Under the pieces are notes generated by a model that saw only the letters and a list, made by a program, of their open reading frames with translations, was not told the origin of the DNA and ran no database searches. This document shows positions 1 to 10,125 of a DNA stretch of 29,195 bases, in pieces. The position numbers and the translations under genes are program-made. Within the stretch, counting starts at the first letter, position 1, and each line of letters opens with the position of its first letter. Source of the stretch: Octopus sinensis (Eukaryota); contig NW_021833150.1 of NCBI RefSeq assembly GCF_006345805.1, positions 1 to 29,195 on the forward strand, read 5' to 3'.

Positions 1-8
1 ATAAATAC

Positions 9-40
<32 letters not shown>

Positions 41-51
41 TGAGAGGAGAG

Positions 52-83
<32 letters not shown>

Positions 84-112
84 GGATAGATAAATAGATA
101 GATAATACATAG
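1..112. repeat. (GATA)n microsatellite
   Basis: Direct reading: agatagatag repeats with short GA interruptions. Confidence 0.95.
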
Positions 113-119
113 AAAGATA

Positions 120-2784
120 TGTTTCAATATTAGCCACACCGGGCTGCACACAGATAGAAAAATTACAAGTAGAAGCTTTTCTTTTGAAGGTTAGAAAAAA
201 AAAAAAAAAAAAAAGGGAAGGGAGTTTCGATCAAAAGGGATCGTAAAAGGAGAGAAAGAGGACAAAAAAGGGGGGGTTAAAAAAGTGGGGGAGGAAAAAA
301 ATTGATCAATAGGGATCGTTATCACAGAATGTCAATATGAAGTGTAAAGGGGAGGACAGGTGAGGTTTACCCGTGGAAAGAAAAGCCTACGGAAAAGACC
401 ACGGTAACCTCGGTCAATGAAGTCACATTTTATATTTCTTTTTTTTTTTTTTTTTTTTTTGCAAATAAGCAACTCTCTGTTTTCGATTTCTGGGTTCATG
501 GACTATGCTCAAGGTGGCTTCGTCATTCATACGTGCCATTCTTGCTACATTCACCCATCTTTTTTTAAAACATTCGCTAGACAAACTTGCCTCTCTACTC
601 TCACTTTCCTTTTCAAGTGGTACTTGAAGAAGTTGATGAGAGATTGACCCAGAGGAAAGTGTTTGTCTCCAATCCTTCAGACCGTCCCACCAGATACAAT
701 TTCTTTCTTTCGCCATAGCCACAAGGATGATGAAAATAACTCTTTCCCTTCCCGTTTGAAGGAAGGAGGCGTGACAATATTGACGATAGACTCAGCTGAT
801 AAACCGACTCGTCCCACATGTGACAGCAGTTGTTCGACACAAGCCCACAGGTCGGAAATTGTTGGACACTGACGAGTGCGTGCAGAACGGTTTCGTCGCT
901 CTGACCGCATCTCGGGCAGTCGGCCCCGTGTTTCTCGAGCCGTGTCTGTAGAGCTTATCCCGAACGGGTAGCGCTTCTCGGTAGCACTGCCATGCCAGGG
1001 ATCTCTGGAAGTTGTTCCATGGGCCCTGGCCCGAAAGTCGTCCTGAACAGGGTCGGGTCGGTACTCCTCGTCGACGTCCAGGTTCGCCCCGAGCTCGTCG
1101 TCGTACCTCCCCTCCACTAAACCCCTATAGAATGCTTTGGTTGTGTTGAAGTCACTCAAGGTCGACCCAGGACGGCAGAGTTGCTTGAGAGCAACGCGAC
1201 ACTCGCGGTGCCATTCGCCTTTCCTCGGCCTCTTTTTGATCCACGACTGCAGTTCGGTCATGGAGACGAGCTGCGGGAAAGCGTGCCTCACAAACGGCGA
1301 CCACACCTGTTCACCGTCGTCTACATAGAGCCAGAGATGTCGCAGTCTCAGCGCGTGTCTGCGCATCATCAACCACGGCATGCCCAGCCCTCCTTTTAAC
1401 GGGTGTTGACAGCAAATGGATCGCCTGACCATCGGACGCATCCTTTCCACAAAAAGCAAAAGAGGATGCGTTGTAGTTTGGTGATGGTAGGGTCGGGACA
1501 AGGTACGACGGTCAGGCGGTAGTAGATGACGGACGCGATGTACGTGTTCGCCACCTCCGCTCGACTTTTAGGGACAGTTTCCTCTCGGCCCATTGCCGGG
1601 CGAGAGTGACCCCACCCTACTCGTTATCTCGTTCCAGTTCTTCTCCACTTGGAGGTCCGGACCAAACCAGACCCCGAGCAACTCAACGGGCCGTCGGTCC
1701 AGCGTCCCACAACGGAGGCGCTAGTGACGGCATGGCTTGTTCTCCAGGGTTTTTTCCAGGTTCGCAAGCCCACTGACTTTTCCCGGTTGATTTTCGCTCC
1801 TGTCACCGCTTCGTAGTTTTTTCAGTGGTCTCGCCGACCAGCTCGATGTGCTCGTGGCTAGACACTATGACGGTGACGTCGTCCGCGTATGCAGACACGC
1901 TCGTCCCGCATCCCAATTCTCGCGGGATGCCCCTTAGAGTCGCCAGCTTCCGCAGTAGTGGCTCAAGAGTCAATACGTATAGAAGCGCCGAGAGGGGGCA
2001 TCCCTGACGGACCGAACGTGCAATGTCGAAAGGTCTCGATAGATGTCCATTTACGCGAATTACCGAACGGATGCCCCTGTACAAGGCAGCTATCCAGCCG
2101 CGGAAGACGGACCGAAACCAGCCGCTCTCAGGACTGCCTCCAAGTATCGATGGTCTACCCTATCAAAGGCTTTCGATTGATCCAAGTTGATCAGGGCCCC
2201 ACCCATGCCAGGTTCGTTAACTACCCTGTCTATGATGTAGCGCATCAGATGGAGGTGTCATGGATGGTCCGGCCTGGCACGGCGCATGTTTGCGCCTTGT
2301 CGACCAGTTTCTCGATGACAAGCGCCAACCTCTTGGCTAACACCTTGGCCAAAATTTTCAAGTCTGCATTAAGCAGAGTGATGGGCCTAAAGTTATCTAT
2401 TACATTTCCCTTGTTTAGATCTTTCTTCAGCAGTGTTACGGCTCCTCGGCTCACAAAACCAGGAATGCTCCCGTTTTGCTGCCAGTTGCAGTACACCGCC
2501 GCCAAGAGATCTCCAAACAAGTCTGGCATACAATGTAAAGCTCGTAGGGTAGACCATCCAAACCCGGTGATTTGTCCCTCGAGCATTCTGCCATCGCTTC
2601 CCGCACTTCCGCCGCCGTGATGGCACCTTCGCAGCACCCTGCCTTTCTTGTCGAGAGTCGTGGTAGGCTATGTAGGTAGGCACTGAAGTCCACCCTACGT
2701 TCTTGCCCTCCACTCGTTCCGAACAGTCGGGCAAAATGCTGCTGAAAGGCCTCACACATTTTACTTGACTCGAGCAATTCGCGC
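120..2784 (-). mobile_element. 5'-truncated non-LTR retrotransposon, L1/Tx1 clade
   Basis: Minus-strand frames give RT motifs KSPGLDGLPYELY, FRPITLLNADLKILAKVLAKRL, LDQSKAFDRVDH, SVRQGCPLSALLY and AYADDVTV, plus a C-terminal CPRCGQSDETVLHALV[Q]C zinc knuckle (862-918). No APE domain is seen, so the 5' end is truncated at 2784. The 3' boundary is uncertain: ~120 (my preference), ~195, or the A-run at 439-460. Confidence 0.9.
423..2784 (-). pseudogene. Frameshifted ORF2 (reverse transcriptase + CCHC domain) of the Tx1-like LINE
   Basis: Pieces in ORFs 2451-2777, 2245-2637, 1803-2084, 677-1501, 613-840 and 423-722 join through small indels into one RT-to-CCHC polypeptide ending near FKKRW. Confidence 0.85.
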
Positions 2785-2858
<74 letters not shown>

Positions 2859-2859
2859 T

Positions 2860-2893
<34 letters not shown>

Positions 2894-2907
2894 GAATGAG
2901 AGAGAGA
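2785..2907. repeat. (GATA)n-(GA)n-(GACA)n compound microsatellite
   Basis: Direct reading; abuts the truncated LINE 5' end. Confidence 0.95.
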
Positions 2908-3319
2908 TTTCAAATTTACAGAAAACAAAAAACAAGAACAGGTGTGCAATCCACAAGCAAGTCCATTAATTTCAACGCTCGGGTACAATGGAAGAGATTT
3001 TTGTCTTTCGACCGCACGCTTTTTCGACAGAAAGGGTTAAGAGGATAAAAAGGATTAAGAGGATAAAAGGGAGAAAAATAAAAGACACGAAGAGAGAGAA
3101 GGGAATGTGTAGAGATGATGTGGTGTATGTTTGTGTGTGTATATGTGCGTATGACATATATGTACATAAATAATATATACATATAGATATGTATATATAT
3201 ACACAAACACACACACACACGCACATATATATATATATATATATATATATGTAGGTCCCGGGTTGATTCGGGTTTAACCACAGTAAATAAGGTACTCAAT
3301 ACATAGCAGAGTAAAATTA

Positions 3320-4008
3320 ATTTATTATATAGAAGGAGCTTCTACAGGACTAGAACTGTTTCATTCAAGAGAAATCTTCAGAAGCTGGTTAACAAGAATT
3401 GTATTGGCATTATACATTTAGGCAGGTTTAAAGGGGTGTTGGTGGGGACTTTTTGGGGGTAGGCATAGCGCAAAATATCATACTTGGGGGAGTGGTCAAG
3501 GAGTCAGTGTTAAATTAGATAGAAGAATAAATAAAGAAAATAAAAAAAAAAATAAAAAAATATATATATATATATAAAAAGAGGGGGGAATAGAGTTTTA
3601 GGTAAGTAAGCAGATTCTCACTTACACCTATGCACATATGTATACATATATACACACGCATACAAACATATGTACATATACATACACACATACATACACA
3701 CACATATATATATATACATATATATACACTTACACATACATATACATATCTACACATACACCTATATGTATACATACACACACTCACATGCATACACGTA
3801 TACACACATGTATATATACACACACACACGACCACACATACATATACACACAGAAAAATATATATACACATACACACACATATCTCACATACACGCATAC
3901 ACACACGAATCCACACACACACATGCACACACAGCACACTAGTCCCATATACACATATATACACATACACATATATACACACACATACATATACATACAC
4001 ATACAATA

Positions 4009-4040
<32 letters not shown>

Positions 4041-4456
4041 ATATATATATACATATATATATATATATACATACACACATATGTGTACCTATGCATACCT
4101 ACACATACACACATATATATATATATATATACACATACAAGTACAGACCCATCCCCTAATTTTAATTTTATTATCTTCGTTTATTACTTTTGTTATCTTT
4201 GGCCGCTTGGTCACAAACATCTTGGCTATGACAGCCAGTCCATTTATCTGTCTACTGGAAAACAAGCACTCATTCACTCACGCACACTCTTTAGCACGTA
4301 CACTCACTCATTCGTACACTCATACACATACACGCACGCACGCGTTATATTCATACATACATACATCCACATACATTCACGTATATACACATACGTACGC
4401 GCTACCTACAGATTCATGTCTACACTCTTAGAAGGCAAGTCTATACATATACACCA
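3320..4456 (+). repeat. Left arm of ~1.1 kb inverted repeat
   Basis: Reverse complement matches 7356-8472, including unique blocks (agaaggagcttctacaggac; gtaagcagattctcactt; gtacagacccatcccc; ctcttagaaggcaagtc). Confidence 0.9.
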
Positions 4457-4506
4457 ATAATATAAATACACACACATACACGTACACTACTACACATACA
4501 TACATG

Positions 4507-4560
<54 letters not shown>

Positions 4561-4799
4561 ATATACATATATATACACACTCACATATATATACACATAC
4601 ATACATACACATACATACATACAACACATATATACACATATACACACTATACACATATATACACACATACACATACATACATATACACACATACACATAC
4701 ATACGTATACATACATACATACATCCATACATCCATACATACATACATTTATTTTTATACACATACACACACCCACATACATACATAATATACGCGCAT

Positions 4800-4835
<36 letters not shown>

Positions 4836-5353
4836 AAATAAATATAAGAGAGTGGTCACTATATTGCTCACTCTAGCACCAGTTAATCCAAAAGGTTTCA
4901 ACCTTAATTAATTATATATATATATATATAATATACATATACATACATACATACATACACATATATTCATACACACACATACATATACATACATACATAT
5001 ACAAATATACACACACACATACATACATACTCATATACTCATACACGCACATACACATGTACATGCGTACCCATACACACAGACACACATGCGCGCATCC
5101 ATATATACACATAAGTACACCCATGCGTAAAAGTATACATATATCTATGCTTACACATACACACACACCACGCGCCTCCTATATTCATACTTACATGCAT
5201 ACTCAAAAGATAAGTAAATAGTGAAATATATATACGCCATTTATTCATAATGCATACTCAAAAATAAATAATAAATAATAAATATTAAGTATATGTACGT
5301 GCAGTTACCTATTATATAGACGGATAAATACATATAAACTTACACACATATAT

Positions 5354-5422
<69 letters not shown>

Positions 5423-5510
5423 ATACATACATATACATACATATATACACACATATATACACACACACACATACATACATACCTATATATATATATACAC
5501 ACACACACAT

Positions 5511-5549
<39 letters not shown>

Positions 5550-5990
5550 TTATATTATATATATTCTTACACATGTACATATAAATACACACATAGATAA
5601 CTCTCCGTACCTACATATACATAAACACACGAGCGTACGCGTATATGTACATATACACATACACATACACACGCATATATATACATACATACATAACCTA
5701 CACACATGTATACAACACACACACACATACACATATATATATACATACACATATATATACATATATACATATATATACATATATATATATACATATATAT
5801 ACACATATACATATATATATATATATGCACATACACATACACACACATATACATGTGTGCAAACATACATACATTCTCATACAAGCCCACACACTTACAT
5901 TACATATATACACACACTTACACACATATATATACATACACATGTACATACATACATACATACGTATATGCATACACACACCACACGCAC

Positions 5991-6056
<66 letters not shown>

Positions 6057-7160
6057 CATACATACACAAACACATACCCATACATATATATACACACATA
6101 TATATACACATGCACATACTTATATCTCTACATACTCGCATATACATATATATAATATATATATATTACACATATACACACACACATACATATACCTATA
6201 TACATGCATATATACACATACATATATATACACATCTACAATTTGTATCTACACTCACATACCTGCACATACACATAACTCTACATACCTACATATACAT
6301 CGACATACTCGCGTACACTCATATATATACACATATATACATATACACACACACATACATATACATATACATATACATATATATAAACATATACACACAT
6401 AATACACATATACACACACACATACATATATGTATATATATATATATACATATATACACATATATATACATATATATATACACAAACACACACACCACAT
6501 ACATATATATATATAATATAATACATACATTATATATATAATATAATATACATACATACATACATACATACATACATACATACATACACATATACATACA
6601 TGTACATAAACACATACACACACATATATATACACACACATACATATATGAACAGTGGAGGGTAAAGTTAATTAGTTATTAATCAATTTCACCAAGTATT
6701 CAGTTGTAAAAGGACCATTATTTTTATGAGTAAGCAATGTCTGAGGGAAAATATTCTCTAAGTAGTGGAAGAGGCTAAAAAACTTTATTGGCTGCTATTT
6801 CTAGAAAGTTCAGTATGTGGCAAAGTAACCTACCCCACTAAGCCCTAATTATATAATATTTTATACATACATACACATACATACACACATACATATACAC
6901 ATACATATGCATACACACACATATACATATATACATACATACATCTATACATATATACACACACACACACACGCACATACATATATATATATATATATAT
7001 ACACACACATATTATATAATATATATATATATATATATATAGACATATATATATATTTTTTTACATACATACACGCACACACACACATAATACATGCGTA
7101 TAATCCTACTATACCCATACATTTCTATACATATATACGATACACATATACAAGCGTGCA
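4457..7160. repeat. Degenerate (TA)n/(CA)n/(CATA)n low-complexity tract
   Basis: Nearly all dinucleotide/tetranucleotide simple repeats, with short unique islands at ~4845-4910, ~5160-5340 and ~6650-6850. Confidence 0.9.
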
Positions 7161-7250
7161 CATACAATATGTGAAAGGTCTTAGGAGAAAAGGTAATCGG
7201 GGGTGCTAGGGGAACGGTGGGATTGGGGGGGGTTTGTGGGTGGGGTGTCA

Positions 7251-7410
7251 TCAATCTGGTTGCCGGGTAGGTCTATAGTTCTTGTAGTTCGCATACTTCT
7301 TATGCATACAATTTGGGGAGTGTTCTGAGATTTTGTTAAGGAGAGGGCCTTTGGCTGGTGTATATGTATAGACTTGCCTTCTAAGAGTGTAGACATGAAT
7401 CTGTAGGTAC
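7251..7410 (-). mobile_element. Possible Penelope-like element remnant (C-terminus of GIY-YIG endonuclease region)
   Basis: LLNKISEHSPNCMHKKY, preceded by a frameshifted TLLEGKSIHI, resembles the LCLxEKxxI...LLNKRSExxxxCRHxxK C-terminal motif of Penelope-like ORFs as I recall it. Short and degraded. Confidence 0.4.
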
Positions 7411-7741
7411 GCGTACGTATGTGTATATACGTGAATGTATGTGGATGTATGTATGTATGAATATAACGCGTGCGTGCGTGTATGTGTATGAGTGTACGAA
7501 TGAGTGAGTGTACGTGCTAAAGAGTGTGCGTGAGTGAATGAGTGCTTGTTTTCCAGTAGACAGATAAATGGACTGGCTGTCATAGCCAAGATGTTTGTGA
7601 CCAAGCGGCCAAAGATAACAAAAGTAATAAACGAAGATAATAAAATTAAAATTAGGGGATGGGTCTGTACTTGTATGTGTATATATATATATATATATGT
7701 GTGTATGTGTAGGTATGCATAGGTACACATATGTGTGTATG

Positions 7742-7801
<60 letters not shown>

Positions 7802-8472
7802 TATATGTATGTGTATGTATATGTATGTGTGTGTATATATGTGTGTATGTGTATATATGTGTATATAGGGACTAGTGTGCTGTGTGTGCATGTGTGTGTG
7901 TGGATTCGTGTGTGTATGCGTGTATGTGAGTATGTGTGTGTATGTGTATATATATTTTTCTGTGTGTATATGTATGTGTGGTCGTGTGTGTGTGTATATA
8001 TACATGTGTGTATACGTGTATGCATGTGAGTGTGTGTATGTATACATATAGGTGTATGTAGATAGTATATGTATGTGTAAGTGTAATATATGTATATATA
8101 TATGTGTGTGTGTATGTATGTGTGTATGTAATGTACATATGTTTGTATGCTGTGTATATATGTATACATATGTGCATAGGTATAAGTGAGAATCTGCTTA
8201 CTTACCTAAAACTCTATTCCCCCCCTCTTTTTATATATATATATATATTTTTATTTTTTTTTTTTATTTTCTTTATTTATTCTTCTATCTAATTTAACAC
8301 TGACTCCTTGACCACTCCCCCCAGTATGATATTTTGCGCTATGCCTACCCCCAAAAAGTCCCCCACCTGCCTAAATGTATAAATGCCAATACAATTTTGT
8401 TAACCGGCTCCTGAAGATTTCTCTTGAATGAAACAGTTCTAGTCCTGTAGAAGCTCCTTCTATATAATAAAT
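7356..8472 (-). repeat. Right arm of ~1.1 kb inverted repeat
   Basis: Reverse-complement match to 3320-4456, with a ~17-nt indel and a few substitutions. Confidence 0.9.
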
Positions 8473-8645
8473 ATATATAATATATATATATACTTATATA
8501 TATATATATAAAACCATACATATATATACATGTGTCTATATATGTATGTATGTATGTATGTATGGATGGATGGATGGATGGATGGATCGATGGATCGATG
8601 GATGGATGGATAGGATGGATGGATTGATGGATGGATGGATATACG
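8461..8645. repeat. (TA)n/(TATG)n/(GGAT)n microsatellites
   Basis: Direct reading. Confidence 0.9.
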
Positions 8646-9462
8646 TATACATTTCTTGCATCTAAAATATAGAAACTTCAGGTGTCCTGTACTTACTGCG
8701 GTTGATTTCTCTTCTATCTTTCTGGTCCTTGCATCGAAATGAAGAATCGGGATGGTCAACACGAGACCCAGTCCAAATTATGAAGAAGAAAAGGAAACCC
8801 GCTGCGAAATGACCCGCCACACCTTAGCGATTTCCATTGCGGTTTTCGGTCGTCCGTGCAGCCTGTTATTTTCGTTTGGTTTAATGATAAATCTGAAGTT
8901 GATGTAAGCTGGAGTTTATAAGTGTGAGCTTCTCGCTTTGGGATCGTAACTGAAAATGTTAACGTCTGATTCCGGCTTTTTTATATTTTTCACCCCCTCC
9001 ACAACCCAACCCCGCCGAAAATCTAATCTTAAATTCAGGAACCAATCAGATTGATATTACAATAATTGTGGGTGTCACCTTTTAAATGACACCTTTTGTG
9101 ATTGGATTGGAGATGATCCACGATTAACACAGAACAGTCAGCAGAATATTTTACTGACTTCAGCACAAATTTGTAAACTGAAAAACAATGCCTATTTGTT
9201 GGAGAATTCTTATTTATTTATTTCTTAATGTTTACTTCTTTATTTTTGCGAAACTGCTGTAATATTCAAGTAGGGGACTACATTGTCCGTTCAACATCTG
9301 TGCAGACTGTAACTGCAAAGATTTATTTAATGCAGTCTGGTGTTTTTATTGGTTAGTTCATAACAAACATGATGTTAAAGATTATTCCATTTTATTTACA
9401 CTGAATCTTAATAAAATATTTCTGCTGACGACAAATTTATGTTTGTCAAAATGTCTTCTGTG

Positions 9463-9540
9463 CGTATGTGTGTGTGTGTGCGTGCGTGCGTTTGTGTGTG
9501 TGTGTGTGTGTGTATGTTTGCTTGTGTGTGTATGTGTGTT

Positions 9541-9590
<50 letters not shown>
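9463..9590. repeat. (TG)n microsatellite
   Basis: Direct reading. Confidence 0.95.
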
Positions 9591-10042
9591 TGTTTAGTAT
9601 CATACATTTTATAATTTGTTAGAATTCTGGTATTCCAACATGCAGGACGCCGAGAACAGCCGGGTGGGGGCCTCACTGTATATGAGTCGTCGTCGGTATT
9701 GACTGTGTACCGAATGACTAATCTGTAGCGAGCGACACTGACTGAAAGAGATTTATTATTCAAGCCACAGATGACTTTCGCATGATTTTATTTTAGATTA
9801 CAACGGTTACAACGCTCCCGCACGTGGCTACCTGCCCTCAACAGTGGCACCATTGGGATTGGGGATGTACTAGATCTGGTTAGCGTGAATCCTAGCTGGG
9901 ACCCTAACATGTCCTACTACCCTGCGTCAGGTTAGATCTGGGAATATTAGTGGGTAAAAGGTGCTTCCACATCCCTCAAATCCCAGGAATATTCGTACCA
10001 TGTTTTCCCACTCCCGGATGCAGTTTGTGTACGTATATATTA

Positions 10043-10065
10043 GTGTGTGTGTGTGTGTGTATGTG

Positions 10066-10104
<39 letters not shown>

Positions 10105-10125
10105 TGTGTGTGTGCGTGTGTTTGA
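10043..10125. repeat. (TG)n microsatellite
   Basis: Direct reading. Confidence 0.95.

Noticed and set aside
1889-2620. 243-aa plus-strand ORF
   Set aside because: Antisense shadow of the GC-rich RT region; no recognisable motif.
2916-8292. Dozens of ORFs rich in Y/I/H/T or C/V/M
   Set aside because: They are translations of (TA)n, (CA)n and (CATA)n repeats, which lack stops in some frames; no coding signal.
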